Source: Candidatus Cloacimonadales bacterium (GTDB taxonomy: Bacteria > Cloacimonadota > Cloacimonadia > Cloacimonadales > JAFGVF01). From it: a stretch of DNA of 64,000 nucleotides. Shown piece after piece: positions 30,130 to 41,007 of the stretch (its first letter is position 1; the number at the start of each line of letters is the position of its first letter). Made by a program: the position numbers and the translations under genes. The stretch spans positions 1,568,001 to 1,632,000 of the forward strand of contig OY759729.1 of NCBI GenBank assembly GCA_963662585.1. Direction: 5' to 3'. The notes beneath the pieces were generated by a model that made no database searches, was not told the DNA's origin, and worked only from the letters and a program-made list of their open reading frames with translations.

Positions 30130-31737
30130 TTGAAAAAAGTAACCCTATTCTCAGGATATATTATAGTACAGAATGAATTATATCGTGATCAAGATGCTAT
30201 CACTAAATTGGAAAAGCTTATCCAAGACCAAGAAATATTGGATGTTATTTCTACCCTGAATGGTAGTTTCAGATTTATTATAGAAACTTCAACACAGAGC
30301 TTTTTCGGGATTGATCATTTTGGAGGATATTCCTTATTTTATAGATTATATCCTAAACTCGAAATAATTATCAATCCTACCCAAAGTGCTAAATTGTCTG
30401 ATATTGAAGATAAGCAACTCTGTTCATTATTAGCATCAGGATTTTGCTATGGAGATAATACTATCTTCAAAAACATTAAAGAATGCATCCCAGGAATATT
30501 ATACTCTTTCGATAAAAGCACCAAGAAGCTCACATCTAAAGAGTGGTTTAGTATAGATTTTCGTCAGCAAAAAGTAAGCAGTAAAGATGAACTAACAAGT
30601 ATTCTACTCTCTTTGATTCCTAATAATTTCCCTCAAAGCTCTTTAGCCTTAACTGGGGGTATAGACTCTCGTTTATTACTATCTTTGTTTAGAAAAAAGG
30701 GAACTAAAATCCAAACTCTTACTTACGGGACAAGAGATAACCCTGATATGAAACTTGCTATTGACATCTCTCAAAAATCCCAGCTTGAACATCTCCCCAT
30801 CTACTTAGATAAACTTGATTTAGAAGCTTACTTCAATAATAAAGAGCTTTTGAATTTCTTTAAAGTAGGATTCTTAGGTCGTTCACTTCCCTTTGAAAGC
30901 GACTGGGTGGTTAGTAAAATTTTGAATGATTCTACTCAATGGGTAACGACAGGATTTACCAGCTTTTGGCTAAGATCACCTTACCAAGATCAAGTCCCCG
31001 TGCCCACGAAATCAAGCCTAATCTCAAAAATAGTTAATAGTCATTCCCAACAAACCCTAATTTCTTCATCAAAATTTAGAAAGCTTATTAGTGAGAATGT
31101 AGTTGAATCAATGTCCAATTTCCAATTAGATGATTTTGATTCAGATTATGACCGTTGGAATGTAGAGAACAGACAGCATAAATATATAATTAACAGTTGC
31201 AATAACTACCGTAATTCTGGTATTGAGGTCTTTCTTCCCCTTTTTGATAGAAGACTTATGGAATTTCTAAATGTTACTTCAAGAGAGCAGAGATTAGAAC
31301 AAAAGATTTATATGGAAACTATTATTTCTGATATTTTTATAAAAGAAGATAGTTACCTAAAAGATATAGCATCTACTAACCCTAAATTCAACAACCATAT
31401 TCAAGAGACTACTCCTAATCCTCTTAATTGGAAAGCGAGACTACTGAAATTAGATAAGCAAAATATTAACAGAATCTTGAGAACTCCTAATAATCCTATG
31501 TATGGAATTATCCAGTCTGTTCTTAGACAATCACCAAATTATCTCTCACTCAAAATCGAAGATGCTTTCCCTACTATTACCAAGACCATTGCGACCCTTT
31601 ATGATCTTAACTTAACTCATTCAGCGAATCATCTAAATTGGCTAAGGAATAAGAAAGTTGTGCAAATCAATCTGCTAGGTATCGAGATTATAGGTTTTTT
31701 AGTAGAAAACTTTGCTATTTTAATTGGTAACGAATAA
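30130..31737 (+). CDS. Asparagine synthetase-like ATP pyrophosphatase/amidoligase lacking the N-terminal catalytic Cys
   Basis: LNGSFRFI, DHFGGYSLFY, ALTGGIDSRLL (PP-loop), TYG...D, ENRQHKYIINS, LPLFD; TTG start behind GGAG. Confidence 0.75.
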   Translation: MKKVTLFSGYIIVQNELYRDQDAITKLEKLIQDQEILDVISTLNGSFRFIIETSTQSFFGIDHFGGYSLFYRLYPKLEIIINPTQSAKLSDIEDKQLCSLLASGFCYGDNTIFKNIKECIPGILYSFDKSTKKLTSKEWFSIDFRQQKVSSKDELTSILLSLIPNNFPQSSLALTGGIDSRLLLSLFRKKGTKIQTLTYGTRDNPDMKLAIDISQKSQLEHLPIYLDKLDLEAYFNNKELLNFFKVGFLGRSLPFESDWVVSKILNDSTQWVTTGFTSFWLRSPYQDQVPVPTKSSLISKIVNSHSQQTLISSSKFRKLISENVVESMSNFQLDDFDSDYDRWNVENRQHKYIINSCNNYRNSGIEVFLPLFDRRLMEFLNVTSREQRLEQKIYMETIISDIFIKEDSYLKDIASTNPKFNNHIQETTPNPLNWKARLLKLDKQNINRILRTPNNPMYGIIQSVLRQSPNYLSLKIEDAFPTITKTIATLYDLNLTHSANHLNWLRNKKVVQINLLGIEIIGFLVENFAILIGNE

Positions 31738-32313
31738 GAGATTACTGACTTTTCTATTATTTCATAATCTAATATTCATCAATAATTCATTATTATAAAG
31801 CAACTTATCGCACATAATCTATCATTGATAATGTTGATTAAAATCAACAATTAGTAAATTAACGAAAGCAGTCAAAATCCACAATTACACCATAAATATT
31901 AATCAATATTTATTTTTATCTTCAGATATCATAACAATGGTATTTCATCAGAACTTTGTAATCAAATATTACTAATTCTATACAGTTAAATTTTTATCAA
32001 TATTTTAAAATAATATAATTCAATGAAGAAAAAACTTACTCAAATCTATCCTATTCATACCCTTTCATTGACCAATAACGCTAAATTAGACAGTTAATAA
32101 TTATATCCCTAACTTATTATTATAATTTAAATATCTATTTTACTGTAAGTTAGAACATCTTTTTTACATTACTAATAATTATCTTGACCTATTTAGTTAT
32201 TATGTTATTTTTAGTATTGTTGAAAGTAGTTACGATGTCGTTTTATAGCATAAGTGTTAAATTTTGTAGAATAAACTAATTAACAAAAAGTATTTACAAC
32301 AAGGATTAAAGTA

Positions 32314-32859
32314 ATGAAATATTTTATGGTTTTGGTTCAAATCTTTATTCTTACCCACTCAATTTCATTTAGTTTGTTTTCGAGTGGAAACTCTTCACAA
32401 GTTACGGCAAATAAAATTAATAAAACTAAAGACTATTTTGAAATAGAATATATTCTACCAGAATTAAAACTCTATCCTATTAATTGCCATGAAGAGCTCT
32501 CACAAACAATCGATGATTATGGATGCCTCATGACTAAATCTGACACCTTGAAATACTATGGAGTAAGCATCATTACAATACCTAAAACAGATTCACTACA
32601 TATTAATAAAGCTGAGAATAAAGCAAAGAATATAGCACTTATGAACGCTCACAAGCAACTTAATAGCAGAGTACACAGCAAAATAGATGTTCATAATAAC
32701 ACAACTGAATCTACGGGAATAATAACAAATGACTATTCACTTTTTTTAAACAATGAACACTATAAAAAATTAGCAGTATGGAAATTGAACGATAAAATCA
32801 ACATTGCTTACTTAGCATATATAGAGGAGATAACTGATGGAAAAAACTTTAAAGATTAA
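32314..32859 (+). CDS. Exported hypothetical protein, possibly LPP20-like
   Basis: Hydrophobic N-terminus; YYGVS...KAENKAKNIALMNAHKQLNSRVHS resembles the LPP20 helix pattern; first gene of a tight operon with an AGGA RBS. Confidence 0.5.
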   Translation: MKYFMVLVQIFILTHSISFSLFSSGNSSQVTANKINKTKDYFEIEYILPELKLYPINCHEELSQTIDDYGCLMTKSDTLKYYGVSIITIPKTDSLHINKAENKAKNIALMNAHKQLNSRVHSKIDVHNNTTESTGIITNDYSLFLNNEHYKKLAVWKLNDKINIAYLAYIEEITDGKNFKD

Positions 32860-35137
32860 TATTTCTGCCATATTAAAAAAACTAATAATATTTAGTTTGC
32901 TTATAATTATCGTAAATTTATCTGCCCAATCTGATGTTTTTTATCAGTTTAGTGAAGAAGCAGAGAGTATTGAAAAGTACTTAAAAATTGAAAATGACAT
33001 CAAAAGCATATTCTCAAAAGACACTTCATCAATGAATACTATTGATAATACAGAAAGCTTTAATAAGTTTAGAAATACTCACATTAGTACCAGAAATAAG
33101 CTAAGGAATACTCTATTAAATAGCTTTCAGGAAGCATCTTACAACTATTTTAGTACTATATCAAATTTGCAAGACCTGATCAATGAAAAAGATTCTTATG
33201 AAAATTCTAATAATGTGATTAAAGAGCAGATAAAATCTCTAAAAATTAAGGAAAAAACTATCGAGAGATTAATGATAAATGGAAAGCATACTTATAACGA
33301 GAAAGTATCAAATCTTCCAATTTACTGCATTTTTGCTTCGAAAATGAAAATAGACGCTGACTCTACAGCCATATCTCAAAATGTTGAACTACTTCTTCAA
33401 ACTACTAAAAAGACAGAAGAGTTAACCCCAAGTAGAGTTAGTCAATTCCAATACATGAAAGACGATGAACTGCTTAGAAAATGGAGTATTCAAAGTGGGG
33501 CTAAAGTAAAACTTTATGACCAATACCCTTCAACTATTCATATTCAGAATTCAATATTATCTTACTATGTTCTAGAAATATATCCAATACCTTTCAATAG
33601 AGACAATCCTGAAATTGCTGGAATTCAGACAGCACCAAATGAAAATGAATCATTATCTTATCATCAATTTCCTTTTTATATTAAGGATTATAACATCAAT
33701 ATTGATGAGATATCCTTTAAAGAGTTAGAAGATTTAGTTGGAAAAAATAAAATTGAAGAAATATTAACTTACAAAAAGAATTACATTAATAATATAGTTT
33801 CTTGCTTACTAGAGAAATATAATAGTGATTTAAAGCAAAGTTATAAAAACCAGGATAAAAAGCTTTTAACTAGCTTTGTAGAGAGCAAATTAAACTATGA
33901 GCTAGATAAAAACCAAAGTTGGATTAGTTACATTAAAAAAGACCTTCGCGCTCTTAATGATTCTTTAACAATGGTCGGTTCAAAAACACTATTGAGTGAT
34001 CTCTTTGACAATTTGCCCAGTAACCTTAGCTTCCCAAAATGTAATGAGACTAAGGCTGATAACGAAATTACATCAATGAAGAAAATTATTGAGACAAGTT
34101 ATATCGAAAAAAAGATAAAAGAAGAACTCGCACTCGCTCAGGTATTGTATGAGCCTGAAGAAGTTAACATCATTTCTTTTATCCGCAACAACATGAAAAA
34201 AATTAATGATTTAAATCTATCATTTGAAGAGCAAATAGAAGATAATCAAAATGATTTTAATACTAATTATCATAATTGGGAAACAGAAAAACAAAACATA
34301 AACCTTAAGATTCAGGAACTAGAAGAGACTCTAGATACAAATTGTAATAAGATTTCAACACTAGTTAGAGATATTGCAAATACTAGCAAGAGATTAGATG
34401 AAGAGAATCAACTAAGAATATCTAAACAAGAAAAGTTAAATACTTTTAATACTGATTATTATGAATATTATAACTTTATCCATACTCAAACCCATAGTGG
34501 CAACGATTCAATGAATAATTTCCTTAATTCTTTTTCTAATTCCTTTAGACAATTTGTTCATAGATTTGCTAGCTCTATTACCTACGAAAAAATGGTTTAT
34601 CAAGATAGTCTAAATAGCGATGCTATATTTGAGAATTCAACAATTAAAACAATTATTCCTAACTTAATAGGTTATAAAATTATTTCTACCAGCGTTGATA
34701 AAGAAAATAATGTTTATAAAATGAATATTGCTTTCAAATTCCATTTTACCGAGACAGAAAATATTGAAGCAGACATTGAAACAGAAAGATTAAAATATGG
34801 TATTGAGAAACATAAAATAACTCTTATCAACAAAACTAGAAATACAACTATTAATAGGTGGAAATTTTCTAAAGAGTCTCTAATCAATATTCCTCAAGTA
34901 TTCATGGATTCAAGTAATAATTATAGCTATCCTGATTTAAATCAATTACAATCTTTCTTTAGGTTAGTTAAAAACGATGTGAGTATTAAAAATACCATTG
35001 ATACAAAACATATATTTTATGTTAAAGAGTTATACAGTCAGGGAAAAGGTATAAAATGGGATGGTAAATTCATAACTAAAGTTGATTTACCTAAAATGAC
35101 ATCCACCGTTAACTTATTATTAATTAACAAGGAGTGA
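32837..35137 (+). CDS. Exported coiled-coil hypothetical protein
   Basis: Signal-like segment LIIFSLLIIIVNLSA, long heptad-rich stretches, GAGGAG RBS, overlaps the previous gene. Confidence 0.6.
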   Translation: MEKTLKINISAILKKLIIFSLLIIIVNLSAQSDVFYQFSEEAESIEKYLKIENDIKSIFSKDTSSMNTIDNTESFNKFRNTHISTRNKLRNTLLNSFQEASYNYFSTISNLQDLINEKDSYENSNNVIKEQIKSLKIKEKTIERLMINGKHTYNEKVSNLPIYCIFASKMKIDADSTAISQNVELLLQTTKKTEELTPSRVSQFQYMKDDELLRKWSIQSGAKVKLYDQYPSTIHIQNSILSYYVLEIYPIPFNRDNPEIAGIQTAPNENESLSYHQFPFYIKDYNINIDEISFKELEDLVGKNKIEEILTYKKNYINNIVSCLLEKYNSDLKQSYKNQDKKLLTSFVESKLNYELDKNQSWISYIKKDLRALNDSLTMVGSKTLLSDLFDNLPSNLSFPKCNETKADNEITSMKKIIETSYIEKKIKEELALAQVLYEPEEVNIISFIRNNMKKINDLNLSFEEQIEDNQNDFNTNYHNWETEKQNINLKIQELEETLDTNCNKISTLVRDIANTSKRLDEENQLRISKQEKLNTFNTDYYEYYNFIHTQTHSGNDSMNNFLNSFSNSFRQFVHRFASSITYEKMVYQDSLNSDAIFENSTIKTIIPNLIGYKIISTSVDKENNVYKMNIAFKFHFTETENIEADIETERLKYGIEKHKITLINKTRNTTINRWKFSKESLINIPQVFMDSSNNYSYPDLNQLQSFFRLVKNDVSIKNTIDTKHIFYVKELYSQGKGIKWDGKFITKVDLPKMTSTVNLLLINKE

Positions 35138-35146
35138 GGTTAATAT

Positions 35147-38100
35147 ATGTTTAAGAAGAAGTATTTAATTCTGTTTGCTATTATAATATCATTGTCTAGT
35201 CTCTTTTCTATCAAATATACTGTTGATGTAATAGAGTATAATAATGTAAGCTATATAAAGATATACAGCGCTTCTAGTGCAAAAAATGAGGACACACATT
35301 TATACATAGACGAAGATGTAAAAGATGATGTTGAGATAAGTAAGTTACCCAAGAATATAGAGGCAGATGGTTATGGAAATTGTATTTTAAGTTTAGTAAA
35401 AGAGATTAAACTGAACTGTACTGTTCATAAAATTAAATCTCCTAAATATCCTGAACACTACTACCTATCAAAAAAGATCCTATCTCCTAATAACAAAATT
35501 AAAATTGGTGTCGTTGATTATGAAGTTATAGAAGAAGTAACTCCAGCAAACTCAACTTTAGCAAACTCAACCCCAACAATAACCACCCCTACTCCTACAA
35601 CAACAGCTAATGCCGTTAAAGAAAAAGCACAGGCTATAAAACCTAGTAAATTTTGGAACAGTTTAATTGAGAATAGTTTAGACCTCTCCATCAATAAAAT
35701 TAAAAATATAAAGCTTGAAAAAATTAAAAAAAACAATCTACCTAATAATTTATTGGTTTGGTATTATATTATAGAACATGAGAAAGATAAAAAGAAATAT
35801 ATTCCTGTAATCTTTGATATTTCAGCTGACTCAGAAATTCGTAAAATAGACTTCTCTTATTTGAAAAATGAACACTGGGCACTTCATCCCTCAGATAAAA
35901 CTGAGAAACCATTAGAGTTAACAATGACCGATGCTCCTTTACCAGAAGATTACAATACTGTGATTAAATCCTTTTATTATTATTTCTATGAACAAAAAGA
36001 AAATGAGGATACAAATAATATTTTTCAATATAAAAGCACCTCGCCCTTTCAACCTAAGATTGCCTTAATAAACATCAATTATGTTGGAATTATTGATAAT
36101 GATCCAAATTTTAAAGATTGTAACTCCAAATTCTTGATATATATATATAATACTAAAAGATATACAACTGAGCAAATATTTAAACAAAATATTAAGTCAA
36201 CTTTTAAAATAAAATTTGACGAACCATCCTTAGATAATAGTATAAAGTTCATATCAGATAGAGATTTAGGTGTATATCATAACAAGACCAAGGTAAATAT
36301 TGCTTACAGAGGTTGGAAAAATATCGATTCTAAAATAACAGAGACAGTTAAAACAAAAATTGATAACTTGATAAAAAGTAAATATCCTAAAGCATTATCT
36401 AAAGATAGTGATTTAGACTATAAATTTAAATTCTCTAATTCTCTTCCAGTATTAGAGCTGAATTTACCTGAAATAGCCCCAACAGAATTAGACCCCAACA
36501 AAACTAATACTTTAATAATTTCACCGAACTTCAACGACTTATCTTTAACTATTCCTATTCCAACTAATCTAATAAGCTTGGTAGATGAAATCAAAAAGAA
36601 CTTATTAGAAGAACTAACAATTAATAAAAGTAAGATAGAGACTGTTGAAAAGAGTGGAGATTCACTGATTATTAAACACAAAACAATGTCTAAAACACTG
36701 GTTTTAGATCTAAAAAAAGGACTTTATTGGAAAGCAAAAAAAATATCTAAAGAGATTAACAGCCAAACAAAAAATATTGAAATTGATATAGATTGGGAAA
36801 ATACAGCTATTTTAGATTTTAACTGGGCTAATCTTGATCCTGAACCACTGAAAATTAAAGAAAATTTCCATACTTTTATAATTAGCAAGTATAAAGGGAG
36901 AATATTTACTCTTACTAAATGGAAAAAGTATATTTTAATTACAGAGGATGAAACAAGTCCCATTGTGATAGACTTGAATCCTGCTCTAGCAGAGCAAATG
37001 ATAGTTACTCAAGCACCTGCTCTTGATAAACCATACCTAATTAGTTATAAATTTAAAACAGTCAAATTAAGCTCTCAACTAGATTCAAATGAATTTTCAG
37101 GTATGCAACTACCCAATAACCTATCTTATAAAATAAGCTATAATGATTCTCAGGTAAATTCTAAAGAAAATTCTTTGGATTATGAATTATTATGCAATAG
37201 TGATTATAAAATAAAAGCTCCAGATGGCTATTTGATAAGTCCATTTGAAGATGGAGAAAAACAAAATTTAATTAACTATAGTACTTCCAACTCCTTGGAT
37301 ACAGAAAAGATCATTCTTTTTGTAGATTTCCAATACGAGACAAAAACGATAAATTTCAAAATTACTGATAAAGAGATAAATAATAATAGACTAACAATTC
37401 AAGTTTCTTACACTGAATATTCCTATAATACAAACTTAGAGTTAAGCAAAGATGAAAAAAAGGGCACAATAAAGATTCCTAATATTATTTCAGATAGAAT
37501 GTTTAACTTTGAGATAATTAACGATTGGGATAGGTATTTTTCACTCTCACGCCAGTCATCATCGCTCAGAAATCCTCAACTGGACATAAAAGTATCTAGG
37601 ATAGAAGAAGATGGTATGCTAACCATTAAATCAAAGATACCTCTAGAAGGATTAAAGTTAAGCTTCCAACCTGATCCCAACTCACCTGAAAAAATATCTT
37701 TTCCCGAACAGACCACTCTAGCTAATAAAGTTGAGATTAAATACCCAGTGAAATTCTATGCTAATCCACAAATTAAAATTGAGAAAAAAAGGGGTTATAC
37801 TATAGATGGAAATCTATATAATACCAATCCTATTATTAAAGAAATAGATCTAAATAAGAAAGAGATTTCTCTTGATATTATCAAATTACCTCCTGTTAAA
37901 TATATCTACATTGATAAAAGTCAGTCTCTTTTTAGTAAGAATAAAGATGATTTATGGTATGGAGGAAAAGTAATTAACGAATGTATTCAAGACTCTATCG
38001 AAGCTGATAGTAATATTCTAGCTAAGGTTTTCTATTCTCAATACCAACATTTGCTACCCAAAGATATTTCTTCAAGTCAAGATTATAAGAGTTTCTTCTT

Positions 38101-38386
38101 AACTGATATACAAATGGGGACAGCAAGCGGTGGATATGAATTACCATTAGTAAATGAATTTATTGAATCATGGAAATCTGACCCAAGAAAAGAGACCCAC
38201 CTTGTAGAATATTCTATATTCTTATCTAATCAAACAGCTTCTTCTCTCCTCTTTGATGATATTATCCTGAAACATTTAGAGAAATTAATTGCTACTAATT
38301 CTATAAAGATATTTATAAAAAGTAGTAAGAAGTTACCTGAAGATACAAAATTTGAAAATATAAAAGACAGCATAATTTATTTTTAA
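35147..38386 (+). CDS. Large exported multidomain protein with Pro/Thr linker, beta-rich modules and putative C-terminal vWA-like domain
   Basis: Signal peptide; TPANSTLANSTPTITTPTPTTT linker; beta-rich middle; YIYIDKSQS (DxSxS) about 160 aa from the C-terminus. Confidence 0.55.
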   Translation: MFKKKYLILFAIIISLSSLFSIKYTVDVIEYNNVSYIKIYSASSAKNEDTHLYIDEDVKDDVEISKLPKNIEADGYGNCILSLVKEIKLNCTVHKIKSPKYPEHYYLSKKILSPNNKIKIGVVDYEVIEEVTPANSTLANSTPTITTPTPTTTANAVKEKAQAIKPSKFWNSLIENSLDLSINKIKNIKLEKIKKNNLPNNLLVWYYIIEHEKDKKKYIPVIFDISADSEIRKIDFSYLKNEHWALHPSDKTEKPLELTMTDAPLPEDYNTVIKSFYYYFYEQKENEDTNNIFQYKSTSPFQPKIALININYVGIIDNDPNFKDCNSKFLIYIYNTKRYTTEQIFKQNIKSTFKIKFDEPSLDNSIKFISDRDLGVYHNKTKVNIAYRGWKNIDSKITETVKTKIDNLIKSKYPKALSKDSDLDYKFKFSNSLPVLELNLPEIAPTELDPNKTNTLIISPNFNDLSLTIPIPTNLISLVDEIKKNLLEELTINKSKIETVEKSGDSLIIKHKTMSKTLVLDLKKGLYWKAKKISKEINSQTKNIEIDIDWENTAILDFNWANLDPEPLKIKENFHTFIISKYKGRIFTLTKWKKYILITEDETSPIVIDLNPALAEQMIVTQAPALDKPYLISYKFKTVKLSSQLDSNEFSGMQLPNNLSYKISYNDSQVNSKENSLDYELLCNSDYKIKAPDGYLISPFEDGEKQNLINYSTSNSLDTEKIILFVDFQYETKTINFKITDKEINNNRLTIQVSYTEYSYNTNLELSKDEKKGTIKIPNIISDRMFNFEIINDWDRYFSLSRQSSSLRNPQLDIKVSRIEEDGMLTIKSKIPLEGLKLSFQPDPNSPEKISFPEQTTLANKVEIKYPVKFYANPQIKIEKKRGYTIDGNLYNTNPIIKEIDLNKKEISLDIIKLPPVKYIYIDKSQSLFSKNKDDLWYGGKVINECIQDSIEADSNILAKVFYSQYQHLLPKDISSSQDYKSFFLTDIQMGTASGGYELPLVNEFIESWKSDPRKETHLVEYSIFLSNQTASSLLFDDIILKHLEKLIATNSIKIFIKSSKKLPEDTKFENIKDSIIYF
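35545..35571 (+). repeat. Short in-frame duplication AGCAAACTCAAC x2 (15-bp period) encoding ANST-L-ANST
   Basis: Direct repeat at 35545 and 35560 inside the Pro/Thr linker. Confidence 0.7.
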
Positions 38387-38395
38387 GGAGTAAAA

Positions 38396-40996
38396 ATGAA
38401 AATCAATATTATTATTTGTTTATTATTAATATGTTTAACAGTCAATGCTTCCCCAGGTCTTGGCAGACTAAGTAAAAATTATAAAGATCCTTTATTCATG
38501 CCCATGAGGTGTTTATCCCTAACCGATGAAAGTGATTTAGATACTTCCGGAGATACAGATAATTCTTTCTGGGTTGTTTTATCTGATAGAGATAATAACC
38601 CCACATATAAATCTAAGAATTGTCAAATACCATCTGATGTTACTGTTAACTTCATGGATGCTTTTTATGTTTGTGATTATTCTGATTATGCTATTGCCCT
38701 AGTAAAAGATGAATTAAAAGATGGTTCTTTTTCCAAAAAGGCTGAATTTTATGGTTGGATACCTAAAGCAAAATTAATTATGTCTCCTTTAACACTTAAA
38801 AATAGTAGTGGAATTACCAGAAAAGGTTTGATAATTAATAGAATTGACAACTTACAAAATGTTCTTGATCCTGACTATATTTTAAGTTTGGCTTTAAAAA
38901 CAAGCCCAGACCCTAACGGTGTAAATTATGAACAGAGTAATGTTTTTTCTATCTACCCTATTTTGAAAACAAACATCAATGATTCAGCTAATAATCTAGA
39001 ACCAGAATGGTTCTTACTATACACCCAACTAGAAATATTTTCACGAGGAAAATTATCAGAAGTTGAAAAAAATAATAAAAAATACGCCTTAGGCTGGATT
39101 CATAAAAATAGTTTAACTACTTGGGATACAAGAATTGCTTTAGAGCCGAATTGGGATATCAATTCTGTGAGACAGAGAAGAGAATACAACTGGCCTGCTG
39201 TTATTTTTAAGGGGGATCAAGAAGCAAGGACTATGAATTTTATTTCTAAATCTGAGCGGGCTGACTTTGTTAAAGATATTCGCTATAGCTACACTTCTAC
39301 TGATCCCTATCAAGATATTGATTTAGATCAAACAAGCATTAGTGAGATATTAGAAAATAATAGACCTGAAGGTAAAATTTTCCGTATTCCTCGTTTAGAA
39401 TATATAGGCAACTATGATAATAACCACTATTTATCCCTCTATGATGTTGGCTTTATTGGAGATGTTACTACGAGACTTCTGGAAGAAAATTCTTATAAAG
39501 CAGGAACTTCAATATCTGCTGAGCTAGAAGCAGAATTAAGAGATAAATTGTTGAATAAAAAAGAAAATCTCTCCAATGTTGATATTGTTTTTGTTGTAGA
39601 TGGAACTAACAGTATGGAAGCTTATCTCAAAGCAGTAAAAGAATCTATAACAAAAATAATGCAAAATTTGACGGAAGATAATAAAACTAACTTTAGATTT
39701 GGAGGTGTTATATATCGAGACAAAGACGATTATATCCCTCACCCTCAAAAGTTAACCAGCAATATAAGCAAAATTACAGACTATTTTACTACTTCTGCGA
39801 CCAGTAACCAGAGCCCTTACCCAGAATTAATGTATCAAGGATTAATTGATGGAATGACAAAAACAGGATTAAATAAAAATCATTTTAATTTATTAATCTT
39901 AATTGGAGATTGTGGAAATCATAGGTTAGAAGGGACTGAAACAAATGGGCAAGTTGAAAAGAAAATAGCTAACTATTTAGTAAGTTATAATTGTAATTTC
40001 ATTGCCTACCAAGTTGCTTATCATTCTAATAGTAAAGGAAAGCAATCTTCAACTGATTTCATAGATCAAAATTCTAGAATTGCCACCTCCCTATATAATA
40101 ATAATCCGGCAAACTCTATTTACCCAGAAACCAATATATCTTACTTGTTAGATGATGGTATTTCCTTGAAAACTCCTGATGCCCACTTGATTGCGACTAT
40201 TTTTCCTTGGACTAGTAATAAACAGAGAAGTAAGAATAATCTTGAGACCTTGATTATAGATGACTTCGCAGAATATCGTAAAACAAATTTAGACATTATT
40301 AATTATATCGAAAATATGCTAAGAGGGAACTCAAACATAGATTCTCCTGCCGAGGGGGATAGAGATATCTCTAACTTAACCAAAGCCTATTTCCAACAAG
40401 ATATTGCCGAAGGTAATGAAAGAAGTGCAATCTTAGCTAGCCTCTTTGAAAACAATATTGAAAGATTCCAAATGTATGTAACTGGTACAATTCAAAATAA
40501 ATTTATCTTAGATAATGGAGCCCTTTCTGAGCCTGTATTTAGAGATGTAATACTTTTAGGCCATGATGAGTTAGCTACTCTAGTAAGTGCTTTAGATACT
40601 GCTACTTCTAAAACAATAAATCAGGATAACCCTAAAAACATTAGAGTAGCAAATGTCTGGATAGAATTCATAAATCTTATTATTGGTGGCTTTTCAGAAA
40701 GTGAAAAACAAAAATTTGCAGATTTAAATGAACGAACTATCGGAGAACTAGTTGAAATTTCTTTTGGAGCAAGAAGTACTAGTGAGTTTGCAAATGTCAG
40801 TATAGAGGAAATTAAAAGCAAAAACCCAGAAAATAAAACAGATATAGAATTTTTAGATAGCTTATTGAATCATTTACAAGAAAAGTCTAACGAACTTAAA
40901 CAGAATATTCTTTATAATCCTGATTATAAATATAGTATCCGTTTAGATGATAAGATGTCTAAATATTACTGGATATCTGTTGATGCCTTACCTTAG
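38396..40996 (+). CDS. Exported vWA-domain protein resembling Bacteroidota T6SS TssR / PpkA-type vWA proteins
   Basis: Signal peptide; N-terminal FWVVLSDRDNNPTY..FM..FYV..YGWIPK; vWA DIVFVVDGTNSM, RFGGVIYRD, PELMYQGL, LILIGDCGNH; C-terminal YYWISVDALP. Confidence 0.7.
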   Translation: MKINIIICLLLICLTVNASPGLGRLSKNYKDPLFMPMRCLSLTDESDLDTSGDTDNSFWVVLSDRDNNPTYKSKNCQIPSDVTVNFMDAFYVCDYSDYAIALVKDELKDGSFSKKAEFYGWIPKAKLIMSPLTLKNSSGITRKGLIINRIDNLQNVLDPDYILSLALKTSPDPNGVNYEQSNVFSIYPILKTNINDSANNLEPEWFLLYTQLEIFSRGKLSEVEKNNKKYALGWIHKNSLTTWDTRIALEPNWDINSVRQRREYNWPAVIFKGDQEARTMNFISKSERADFVKDIRYSYTSTDPYQDIDLDQTSISEILENNRPEGKIFRIPRLEYIGNYDNNHYLSLYDVGFIGDVTTRLLEENSYKAGTSISAELEAELRDKLLNKKENLSNVDIVFVVDGTNSMEAYLKAVKESITKIMQNLTEDNKTNFRFGGVIYRDKDDYIPHPQKLTSNISKITDYFTTSATSNQSPYPELMYQGLIDGMTKTGLNKNHFNLLILIGDCGNHRLEGTETNGQVEKKIANYLVSYNCNFIAYQVAYHSNSKGKQSSTDFIDQNSRIATSLYNNNPANSIYPETNISYLLDDGISLKTPDAHLIATIFPWTSNKQRSKNNLETLIIDDFAEYRKTNLDIINYIENMLRGNSNIDSPAEGDRDISNLTKAYFQQDIAEGNERSAILASLFENNIERFQMYVTGTIQNKFILDNGALSEPVFRDVILLGHDELATLVSALDTATSKTINQDNPKNIRVANVWIEFINLIIGGFSESEKQKFADLNERTIGELVEISFGARSTSEFANVSIEEIKSKNPENKTDIEFLDSLLNHLQEKSNELKQNILYNPDYKYSIRLDDKMSKYYWISVDALP

Positions 40997-41007
40997 GAGC
41001 TGAAGCT

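Noticed and set aside
30130..32313. Lasso peptide cluster
   Set aside because: No B1/B2 peptidase or RRE gene and no recognisable precursor ORF
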